Shown piece by piece: positions 24,901 through 34,620 of a stretch of DNA of 48,562 nt (positions are counted from its first letter, which is position 1; every line of letters starts with the position of its first letter). The stretch comes from Octopus bimaculoides. Lineage: Eukaryota. A model generated the notes under the pieces. That model did not search any database. It was not told the DNA's origin and was given only the letters and a program-made list of their open reading frames with translations. The stretch is taken from positions 87,473,046-87,521,607 of the forward strand of contig NC_068981.1 in assembly GCF_001194135.2 (NCBI RefSeq), read 5' to 3'. A program made the position numbers and the translations under genes.

Positions 24901-27900
24901 TGACAGCTTCCAAATCCTGTTTTCTGACTGGGTAAAAATTATCAAACTTTAAACCTCTGTAAGAGATTCAGTGTGGAAAATTACATAAATAACCAAATTT
25001 TAAAATTTTCACTAAACTTAAAAATTTCCACAGGTGCAGCCAAACAGAAAAGATCCCGAACTGGCCATATCCGGCCCAAATGTTCTATCTTGTTTTATGA
25101 GGAAACCAACCAGATCCAGCCTTTCACATCTATCCTACAGTGTCATTCTACAAATCGACAATCACATTGAAATCTCAAAACTACCTGATAATGCATGATT
25201 AATTAAAAACAATATGAATAAATAAGCATTACATCTGACACAGTAATCTGAATGCTAAATGGTTAAGTTTAATATCAACAAGTTGATTTTTCTAATATTA
25301 TTAATATTGTACTTTTCCTTTTTTGTTATTATGTCTTACTTTAGTCTGGAAGAAGGTGCAGCTGACAAATGCCAAGAAAATGTAGAGAAAGCTGTTGCTG
25401 CTGACCCTCAAAATCCTGAAGCCTACCAATTAAAAGCCCAATTTCTAATGAATATTGAAAAGATTGAAGTAAATATCTGCATTTCTATTATATGTCTGTT
25501 TTAAAGGTGCAGATGTAGCTGTGTGGTTTTGGGTTCAATCCCACTGCATAGCACCTTGGGAGAGTGTCTTCTGCTATAGCCCTGGTCTGACCAAAGCCTT
25601 GTGAGTAGATTAGGTAGATGGAAACTGAAAGAAGCCCATCGTATGTGTGTGTGTGCATGGGTAATGAGATTGTATGATAATTGTAAATGAATATCACTGT
25701 TATGCAAGCTGTGTCCTTCATTCCTAATATTCCAAGAAAACACATCTGGTTATAGAAAAATATTATCTTACTTGGAAACAAGTGGGTGTTGGTGACAGGA
25801 AGAGAGTCTAGACATAGAAAATACACCTCAACAAAATTCCATTCGACCCATGCAAGCATGGAAAAATGGATATAAAAACAACAGTGATGATGAATATATT
25901 GTGTTTGTGTCAAGTTTGATCCCAAGTAATGTATGAAAATAAATTCATAAAAATATATTGAAAGATTGAGAGAGAAACACCTCCATTTTGGAATGAAATA
26001 ATATTAATTTTCAATTGTTTATTTTGAATGCAGTTATTTTCATGCCTTCACTTTTGAATTTAGGTCAGTGAGATTTCTCATTTCAGTTTTGATATCAGTT
26101 AATCTTGCTTTAGTTGATAAATTAAGTACCAGTGAAACACTGTGGTTAATGTAATCAATTAGTCCCCTCCCCCAAAATTTCACGCGTTGTGCCTATACTA
26201 GAAAGGATTATTATTCATATATTTATAAACACATATTTGTTCACTAATATATTTACTTTCCAAAATGGAAATTATAGATGTGGCCGATGCCAGTGCCGCC
26301 TGACTGGTTCCACGTGTCGGTAGCACGTAAAAAGCATCATCCGAACGTGGTTGATGTCAACCCCCGCCCCGACTTGCTCCTGTGCCGGTGGCATGTAAAA
26401 TGCACCATCCAAACGTGGCCAATGCCAGTGCTGCCTGACTGGCTCCTGTGCCGGCGGCACATAAAAAGCACCCACTACACTCTCAGAGTGGTTGGCATTA
26501 GGAAGGGCATCCAGCTGTAGAAATCTTGCCTGATCAGATTTGAGCCTGGTACAGCTTCCTGGCTTGCCAGGACCCAGTCAAACCGTCCAACCCATACCAG
26601 CAGGGAAAATGGACGTTAAACTATGCTGATGATGATGATGATGATCCAACATATCATTAAATTATATTAATTTTTATGTTTCAGGAAGCCAAAGAAATGA
26701 TTGAAAAAAGTGTATCTTTATGGCTACCTCAGCTTCAAGAAAATGATGATGACATACCTGAGGTTAGTTTCATACTTGAATCACACCATTTTTATCTAAT
26801 TCAAGTCATTATTTTACCCAATTAGAAAATGGTAAGTATGCAGCTAAAGCAAGACATGTATCTTCATAAAAATATTAATACAAATGACACATCTGTAGAA
26901 GAATGAAAGAGCTTTCTGTATTAGATGTTGAACTTACTAATACAACAACTAAATTAACCATTTAGTATGTCCTTTGCATCACAGGAAATATTCTGGAGAC
27001 TAAAGCAAGTATGAATATCTGAGGCTTTGCTGTTCTGGGAAAAGCTTTGTGTGAGACTTGAGACAGAGCCAGGGTGGGGGAGAGATGAGAGGCAGATGAG
27101 TCAAGTGAATCTAAGTGGAGAACGTATGTAGCTTGGGGTTTGGAGGCAATTATAATAGAAGAGGCAACACTAACCTATGATGTTACAAGCTCTATCATAG
27201 TGCATCTGTGGGATGCAATCTAGGATATTTGTGTGTGTAGCACAAATAGTACAGCATGTATATATGAACAGTACTGAAATGTAAGTCACAGTTCAGAAAC
27301 TGAAAAGGACTGAAGTATTTTCCAGTTCTAAATGAGATGTGGCTTTGGTAATATAATGTTGCAGTGAGAGATCAACGGGAATTCCTAACATTTGTGGTGA
27401 CTTTGAGAGTTTCAATTATTGATTGTCCATGACTAAAGAAGTTTAGGTACAAAAGTGTTTCCTTAATATGTGTAGGTTGTTATGCACCAAAGACACATGG
27501 CTCAGTGGTTAGAGTATGGGACTTACAACCATGAGGTTGTGAGTTCAATTCTCAGATCAGGTTGTGTGTTGTGTTCTTGAGCAAGATACTTTGTTTCACG
27601 TTGCTCCAGTTCACTCAGCCATAGAAATGAGTTGTGACATCGCTGGTGCCAAGCTGTATTGGCCTTTGTTTTTCCCTTGGGCAACATTGATGGCATGAAG
27701 AGGGGAGACTGGTATGCATGGGTGACTGCTGGTCTTGCCCAGACTTGTGCCTCAGAGGAGAACTTTCTGGATCTTTATCTTCTTTACACTGTTATGCTCC
27801 ACCACTACCCCATCATTTTTTTTTTATGTATTGTTGGGTCTAGAGGAAAGGTCATTGCCTATGTTGTTTACACACCATTCCTAGAGTGGTCAGATTGATG

Positions 27901-30900
27901 CCATTAATGTTCTTCTAGAACCTATGTAAACTATCACCTGTGGGAATGACATGAGCAGAGAAGGAATTCCAAAGGACCAATGTTCTGGATATAGTGATTA
28001 ATACAGGATCTGGGGTAGAAATTGGACACAACAAGTATGACTAGAAGAGAGGCAAGTGTAATGGGAATGTATAATTATATGGCTTATAAGTATTTTGAAT
28101 TATGTTTTTGTGGACAAAGTGCATGTCAGTTGGATGACTCCAATGTTATAATACCACCCCAAGAGTGATATTATAAGCAGCTGTGGTTATGTGTTGTAAA
28201 TGACAGCCGCTGAGTTTTTAGAAAGATTGTGGAAACAGCCAAACCTTGGAGCATATCAAAGTTAGTCAGGGTTTGGATCAGAGAGAGCTTGTCAGCACAC
28301 ACAGCAATGGTGTGGTCCTAAAAGAATCTTGCAATTCATGAGATGAGGGATGGATGCATCTCTTTGATGAGCAAATTATCTAGGAGACTCTCGTACCAGA
28401 CAAAGTTAAGGGCTTTGTTGATGTCAAGTGTAAAAATCACATTACTTTTACCAAAATTCTCATGAATGAGAGATGATGACTGACATAGAAAAGCACGAGT
28501 TTAATCTATCTCTATGTGAGCCCTAGTTATAGTAAATGCAGATTAAATAATTAGCAAACTTTAGTAGTTTGCTTATTTATGATTCCTGCAGAGAAATTTG
28601 CTTCCTAGCAAGGAAGTTACTGAAAAACAATGAATTACCATTATAATTCTGTAATATGAAAAAGTTTAATAATGTCAGATTACATATAAGGCAGTTGATT
28701 AATGAAGTTATTAGAGCTGTACTGTATCTGTTCTGGCTCTCTGCATTTTGAGTTCAACTCCTGCTGAAATCAACTTTGCCTTTCATCCTTTTGAGATGAG
28801 TGTTCCCCCTCCCCCTCTCTCTTTGAGAAATCAAAGAAAAGTGGGTAATACCCAAGGAAACTTCAGGATTTAAGGATCCCACCACCTAAAACCACTGTGT
28901 ATATTATGGTTATTGTCTCTTCATAGTGTTGTAATAATGTCTCTTTCAATTCAGTTTGCATTATATTTAGTTTATTTGATATTTAGAACTTTTGTAATAT
29001 TGTATGTTCTGTTATATTTCCAGAATATGCCAGGAGTGAGCTATGACACCAGAATTGTTACTTCAAAAATACTTATTGAACTTGAACTTTACGAGGTATT
29101 TACTGTTGCATAACTTTTTTATTTTTCAAAACTTCACTTATATAGCATCAGATTCACTCACTACTTGTTTCTCTGGGATTGGTCCATTGATGTAGACACC
29201 TGATGAGACTCTGATAAGGTTCAAAATTTGATCAAGGCTATTCATCATCTTTCCCAATCTACAGAGAAATAATTATATTTGCCTTGTTTGTATATATACT
29301 ATGTAAAAGGGTAAGGACCCCCTTCGGTCGTGAATGACCATGGGATTGCATCTAGAAAGTTACTCTCTGAGGCACAAGTCCAGGCAAGGTTGTTTATGGA
29401 AGACCAGCAATCGCCCATGCAGCCTTCCCTTTCCATGCCACCGATGTTATCCAAGGGAAAGGCGAAGGCCAATACAGCTTGGCACCAGTGATGTCCGAAC
29501 ACATTTCAATAGCTGAGTGAACTGGAGCAACGTGAAATAAAGTGTCTTGCTCAAAAACACAACACACAGCCCAGTCCAAGAATTGAACTCATTACCTCAT
29601 GATTGTGAGCCCAATGCTCTAACTGAGCCATGCACCTTCCCATCTATTATGTAGGTTACATATATTCTGTCATACTTTGATACTGTGTGGAGTGGGATCT
29701 CCATTAAATAAAGTGTTAAATACTTACAGTATGCAAATTAGTAGCTCCAGGTTTTCTGAAACTTCTGATTGCATATAAACAAATTGGCTACTTATTTCTC
29801 TGGAATGAGTTAAATGATGTAGACATCTCTGATAAGAGCCCAATTAGGTTTGAAAATCGATTAGCCCTTTCATTACCAAATTTTTGTTGAAATACAGTGC
29901 TTTTGTTTCAATTAATTTTGAAATTAATGAAGAATTTAATAAAATAATTTTGTTATTATTGAGCTGAAGTTTGGTACATAAATTAACATGAAATTTTGAG
30001 GGAAGGTTCTTAATTTAGACCAATGTAAACCAGGAAGTTTATATTATGTACTAAGGGTAGCCTCAGGCAGGTTGTTATCAAATGAGTTAAGGCTATTCAT
30101 CTCTTTTCAGTCTACAAAGAAATAATTAGGTTGTATGCTGCTAGATAGATTTATATATAACATTCTTTCTGAGCATGACCATATTTACAAAGTTTTATTA
30201 GAAAGTATTGAGAGCTCAATCATGTTTGAAAATTGATTAAACCTTTCATTATCCATATTTCTGTTGAAATACAGTGCTTTTGTTTCAATTAATTTTGAAA
30301 ATAATGAAGAATTTAATAAAACTATTTTGTCATTAAGTTGATATTTGGTACATAAATTAACAGGATATTTTGAGGGAAGGTTCTTGATTTAGATTAATTT
30401 AGATCACTGTAAACCAGGAAGTTAATATGTTTATATCATGAACTAAGAGTGGTGTCAAATGGGTTGAGGCTGTCCATCTTTTTTCAGTCAGTGAAGAAAT
30501 AATTAAATTTGCAATGTTTGTATGTCTACTAGATAGGTTTATATATAACATTCTTTCTGGGGTTATCCATATTTACAAAATTTTGTTAGATGACTAAGCA
30601 ATGAACACAAATCTTAAGTCAGTGGATAAAATTTACGAAACTTTCTAATTAGTTCTAATGTTTTATTTTCAGACTGCCAATGAAGTTCTGTTCACTTTAT
30701 TAGATGAGACAGATGAAGATCCACATGTTTGGTACTTGATGGGATATGCTGCTTTATTGGAGAGTTCAAAACGTAAAGGAGATGAAGCAGAGGATTGTCT
30801 TACTAATGCTAGAGAATATTTGCAGAGTGCTCTTAAGGTATGATTGTTACAGAATACTTGACAACATTTTGGACTTTCGCAGTTAAACCAATGCTGATGG

Positions 30901-33900
30901 ATTTCTTTTTCCTTTTAACTTCCCTACAACTCATTAATAGAGGTATAGGGGGCTGTCCTTGGCAGAATAGAAGCATGCACAGGAAAAAAGTGAAAGTGAA
31001 ATGGTACACTCAGTGGAAAATAAAATGATTGAGGATGATATTGAGAATACAAGAGATGAAGAAAGTTGTTCCAGGGTTGGAGAGTGGGAGCACAAGAAGG
31101 TCGGGGATGAAACAAGTGCCATTTCACTCTCGTATAATTACAGAGGCTAAGTGAATAATGCTGTAGTCAAAGGAGTAGTGGAGAGCTGGGTGTTGGGCAG
31201 TTGAGTTGTAGGGAAGAGACACATCAGAGATAGATTGGGTGCAGAGGCATAGACATAAACAATATATTTTTAGGACCTAATTTTTGCTGAGATGGATGGG
31301 TCATCTCTTTTATACTTGACATCCATAGGTCATTCTTCCACTTCATCCTATGATTTCTTGGGTCTCCTGCTTCTACAGATTCCATCTATATTTAGCAATC
31401 AGCACTTTATGCAGCTGTCCTCATTCATACACATCACACAACCATATACGTGCAGTCTTCTCACTTGTACACTGAAGAAGACTCCTAGTATATAGTAAAA
31501 ATAAATTGGTTTTCAATAAACACACTGAAAAAAGTCGGATGTTAATACTGTTTATATAAGTTTAAGGTGCAAACTATTTTTAAGTGGTGTAGTAAGAGTC
31601 CCACAGCTGTTGGTTCACAAAACCACCACTGACTTAGTGATTACGGAGTTTATTTATTAAAATCAAAGTGGTAGAACCTGATCCTCTTCATTCAAATTAT
31701 ACCAATAGGAGTTGAACTCTTATAGGTGTAGAACACCAATACTCTTGTGTTTGGAAAAGTGAACTGTTCTATTTTTGGTACCTATTTGCAAGTAAGTGGT
31801 CTTGTTCATTTGAGAGGAATACAGCATAACATTTATTAACAGAATATGAATGACCTATCTTCAGCTAGTTGACTGGAACTGTCAATCAACATCTTATATT
31901 ACGTTTTCTATGCTTTCATGGGATGGATAAGTTGTCTCCAGCATATCTCATCACCTGTTGCAGCCCATTGTTATATCCTTTATAAGGTTTAACTTCTTGT
32001 AATGAGCCTTCACCATTTCTTATGTCATTTTTAGTCTTCCTCTTCTACAAGTTCCTTCTACATAAATTGCTTGGCACTTCTTTTATCTGACTCTATACCA
32101 GTCTTTCTGCTGCATACATCGATTTCTTCTGCCCAGATTTCTCTCAGTTCATTTGTGCTGTGACATTCATACACACAAAGATTACCTGTTACTTATCCAG
32201 TGGAGCATGCTTAACTCATTTCTTTCCAGCATTCGTCCAGACTCCACATTCCATACACATGTTTTGTTGCTATACAGCATTGCATTATATACACTTTACT
32301 CAAAAAGAGAATTCCTCTGTTGTCAATAGAGGTAATAGTTTCTCAAACTTACTCCACCACATTCTTACTTTAATGTGCTTTCAGAGTATCCTCCTCAATT
32401 ACTGGTTCAGTCACCAAGGTAATGGAAACTATTAACTACTTCTAGGAAGCCTTTATATCATTTGAAAGAATTTATTTTATGGGTACCCTTACTCTTGTGC
32501 ATCTATTATATACAAAGTCCTTCTTCTCTATTAGCCTGTTTGTGATTTCACTGCATTTCTTGCTAACTTTTATCTTTACTAGGTTTACTTTATAACTCCC
32601 CAATTTTAGGTTTTGCTTCTCTGCTTTTGGAATTTATTTATTCTTTGACTTTGAGAACTGTGTCATGAGTACGCAGAACTTCCTATAGACAATCAGTCTT
32701 AAACTCTGCTGTTATGGCCTGATGAACTATAATAAATATTTGAAAGCTGTAAAACAAACTCTAATGGACTGCTACCTGCAAGCCTTATTCCTTGTTGGTT
32801 GAACTTGTTCTCATTTAGCTTGTTCAACTTTCACAAGCCATTCATTGATACTTAGTTTTCTTAGCAACCATCAACTACATAGTATGGTACCCTGTCAAAG
32901 GACTTCACCAGGTCAACGAACATTAGGTAATTATTTGTCTAGGCAGGTATTTTTTGGCCTACATAGGTTTGTTTCTCCAAGTTTCATTTCATTTTTAAAC
33001 TTATATGTATTGATTTTTCTATCTCTATTTCTCCATCCTCTTCTACACAGTCCCTTCAATCACTGTCCACCCCCCCACCCCCATACCCTGTCTTCTGTTG
33101 GTCTTATCACTCTGGACGAATATAGAAGTAGTGAGGTCTCAAGTGCTTTCTTTTAACATCTGATTCAAATTGTGATAAATTTTGGCTTTATCTTTGTTCA
33201 TTTTTATTTCAAATGTAGACATACCACAAAGTTGAATTTGATGATGCTGAAATGCTAAAACACATTCAAGAAATGATTGAAAAAGTTGGACCGGGTAAGC
33301 TAGATTTTCACTTTTAACCCTTTAGCATTCTGATAACTCTGTCAAATCTAATACTTATTTATTCAGATTGTTTTGGATTTATCATGAATATGTCAAAGCT
33401 TTGAGATTTTGAATGAATGTTTATTCTTAGAATGACATTGTTAGGTAGGTGTGATAAGTCAAATGTGGCTGGTTTGAACATAAAACAGCTAGAATATTTA
33501 GGTCGGATGTGGCTGGTTTAAATACTAAAGAGTTGATTAACTCTGTAATGATTTGAGGGATAAGGTATTTCAACGAGAAACTGACTGTAGAATTAACTTG
33601 TGCTTGAAGTAAATTACAAACCACCCTAAATAATTCATGTAATTATAACTGAATGTGTACCCAACACATTTTTTGATTACTGTATTTCATGGCATATAAG
33701 ACACTTCTTTTTCAAAAACAATGTTTCCAAAATAAAAAAATCATATGTGAAGTTGGACTTCCCATAAGCTTTAATGCACTAAAACCCCATTTTTCTTGAA
33801 TATGTACTTGCTGAAATCAGGTGCATCTTGCCTAAAAACCAACTGAAAATATTAAAATTTAAAAACTGTTATATAAGGAACATAATTCCTGACCACTGGT

Positions 33901-34620
33901 TATCTATCCAACACATCTGTAACTCATATCCAATTATATACAAACATTAGTAACACATCCAAACATAAGAATTACCATTTCAGTTATACTTGCAAAATCA
34001 GTTTCTACTTGGAGTCTAAATTGTGTGCTTGGTTATCTTCATGATAAGTTCAAAGGCATTAATTCTATATTACACTGATCAAGTTGATCTTTGCTGTATC
34101 CACTGAATAGAACATGCCCTCAATATCATCCTGCAATTTGTATGAAATACTATCATTGATCAACATATTTCATATTTTCTAATTAAGTATGCTTCAACTA
34201 CTGCATTCACTGCAGGACTTCTTTCTATCTCTTTATGAATGTTCTGGCAGGATACCAACTCCCAGTTTTTCAAATTGACTGAACTTTTTTCATAAAATTC
34301 TCTAACAATCTTCTGGTATGTGAGGGTTGTGGAGGGTAATGGTCGTTCCTCTTTTCTCTTTGATCTCACACACACACTTTCTTAATTAAGTCTACCTGTA
34401 GCACTGCTGACAAAAAAATAATTAGGCAACATAGGAATCTTCATTACATGTTTACTAATTTGTTTGTATTGCTTTATATACAGGTGAAGATGAAGAAGCT
34501 GCTCCTGAGGCAGCTGGAAATGTGAGTGAAGTAGATTTTGAAACTGATGGTGAGAATGAACAAACATCTGACAAAACAGAGAATACAGAAGCTGCAAAAC
34601 CAATGGAGCAGGATGATTGA
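14854..34620 (+). CDS. ACL4: Acl4-family TPR protein (probable assembly chaperone of RPL4), 11 exons, 1200 nt, 399 aa
   Basis: join(14854..14899,19918..20009,21916..22062,23081..23227,24217..24332,25345..25468,26685..26762,29024..29095,30673..30837,33219..33294,34484..34620); all introns GT-AG, phases consistent, no internal stop; family motifs KYMYLGQ, SAYCAIAEIYMTDLC, PEAYQLKA, YDTRI..SKILIELE, VWYLMG; basic N-terminus and acidic tail. Confidence 0.85.
15963..16142. other. Assembly gap (others at 6449-6458, 17566-17765, 20131-20262 and 38392-38401)
   Basis: Runs of N. Confidence 1.
18010..18058. repeat. Short head-to-head (TTAGGG)n/(CCCTAA)n interstitial telomere-like repeat
   Basis: GTTAGGGTTAGGGT-AAACCTA-ACCCTAACCCTAAC, with 14-bp arms at 18024-18037 and 18045-18058. 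Confidence 0.8.
19918..20009 (+). CDS. ACL4: ACL4 exon 2 (GNTLPFGQAGTVAVGSKEKSKCDVEQLLSQ)
   Basis: ttttctag acceptor and gtattc donor; VEQLLSQ|AEKCID reads through the junction. Confidence 0.85.
20263..20628 (+). mobile_element. tRNA-derived SINE (same family as 2340-2717)
   Basis: A-box TGGCCCAGTGG, B-box-like GGTTTCGATTCC and the shared core; the 5' edge abuts an N-gap. Confidence 0.9.
21134..21360. mobile_element. piggyBac-type MITE (second family)
   Basis: TTAA-CCTCTT ... GAAGGG-TTAA termini. Confidence 0.65.
21916..22062 (+). CDS. ACL4: ACL4 exon 3 (AEKCIDQFQFELAHKFCLRAIEREPDN...)
   Basis: tgtag acceptor and gtaagt donor; 147 nt; TPR-like helix pair. Confidence 0.92.
22235..22645. mobile_element. 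Two RTE/SINE tail copies in inverted orientation
   Basis: Minus copy at about 22235-22400 and plus copy at about 22455-22645 of the AGGAAGGGCATCCAGC...CCAGCATGGAA tail. Confidence 0.6.
23081..23227 (+). CDS. ACL4: ACL4 exon 4 (FFLKAVEFQPDLGHAKYMYLGQ...)
   Basis: Polypyrimidine-acag acceptor and gtacga donor; 147 nt. Confidence 0.92.
23445..24026 (+). mobile_element. 5'-truncated RTE LINE 3' end (ORF C-terminus, 3' UTR tandem repeats, (GAT)n tail)
   Basis: DLRTLGLNEAMTSDRDLWKYAVREKTWQAT*, then about 60-bp TGGCACGTAAAA repeats, then the common tail. Confidence 0.8.
24217..24332 (+). CDS. ACL4: ACL4 exon 5 (...ISSAYCAIAEIYMTDL)
   Basis: ccacag acceptor and gtaagt donor; 116 nt; Acl4 signature motif. 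Confidence 0.92.
25055..25266 (-). mobile_element. piggyBac-type MITE copy
   Basis: CTGGCCATATCCGGCCC...ATGCTAAATGGTTAA; homologous to the 41937 copy. Confidence 0.7.
25345..25468 (+). CDS. ACL4: ACL4 exon 6 (CLEEGAADKCQENVEKAVAADPQNPEAYQLKAQFL...)
   Basis: ctttag acceptor and gtaaat donor; 124 nt. Confidence 0.92.
26275..26645 (+). mobile_element. RTE 3' UTR/SINE copy with about 60-bp tandem repeats and (GAT)n tail
   Basis: Homologous to 23680-24026. Confidence 0.8.
26685..26762 (+). CDS. ACL4: ACL4 exon 7 (EAKEMIEKSVSLWLPQLQENDDDIPE)
   Basis: tttcag acceptor and gttagt donor; 78 nt. Confidence 0.9.
27493..27770 (+). mobile_element. tRNA-derived SINE (family shared with 29306-29640)
   Basis: TGGCTCAGTGGTTAGAG...GAGTTCAATTC head; CTGGTGCCAAGCTGTATTGGCC body. 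Confidence 0.8.
29024..29095 (+). CDS. ACL4: ACL4 exon 8 (NMPGVSYDTRIVTSKILIELELYE)
   Basis: tttccag acceptor and gtattt donor; 72 nt. Confidence 0.9.
29188..29247 (+). ncRNA. Decayed type I hammerhead ribozyme, copy 0 (G12A)
   Basis: TGATG..CTGATGA GACTC TGATAA GGTTC AAAA TTTGATC AAGG..CATCA. Confidence 0.5.
29306..29640 (-). mobile_element. tRNA-derived SINE inserted into the hammerhead repeat unit
   Basis: Reverse complement of the 27493 family; imperfect TSD TACTATGTA/TATTATGTA. Confidence 0.85.
29815..29863 (+). ncRNA. Decayed type I hammerhead ribozyme, copy 1 (G8A; 3' strand displaced by a MITE)
   Basis: CTGATAA GAGCC CAATTA GGTTT GAAA ATCGATT A; 5-bp stem II with two G.U pairs; palindromic stem III AATCGATT. 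Confidence 0.55.
29861..30090. mobile_element. piggyBac-type MITE, duplicated at 30237-30467
   Basis: TTA(G)-CCCTTT ... GAG-TTAA termini; homologous to the 21510 fragment and to 30237-30467. Confidence 0.7.
30673..30837 (+). CDS. ACL4: ACL4 exon 9 (TANEVLFTLLDETDEDPHVWYLMG...)
   Basis: ttttcag acceptor and gtatga donor; 165 nt. Confidence 0.92.
33219..33294 (+). CDS. ACL4: ACL4 exon 10 (TYHKVEFDDAEMLKHIQEMIEKVGP+G)
   Basis: tgtag acceptor and gtaagc donor; 76 nt. Confidence 0.9.
33314..33535 (+). mobile_element. piggyBac-type MITE copy just downstream of the ACL4 exon 10 donor
   Basis: TTAA-CCCTTTAGCATTC ... TACTAAAGAGTT. Confidence 0.75.
34484..34620 (+). CDS. ACL4: ACL4 exon 11 (acidic tail EDEEAAPE...MEQDD*)
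   Basis: tatacag acceptor; in-frame TGA; AATAAA at about 34645. Confidence 0.88.

Noticed and set aside
32716-32760. CTGATGAA...TTTGAAAGCTGTA hammerhead-like spacing
   Set aside because: Stem II is out of register, and stems I and III do not pair.
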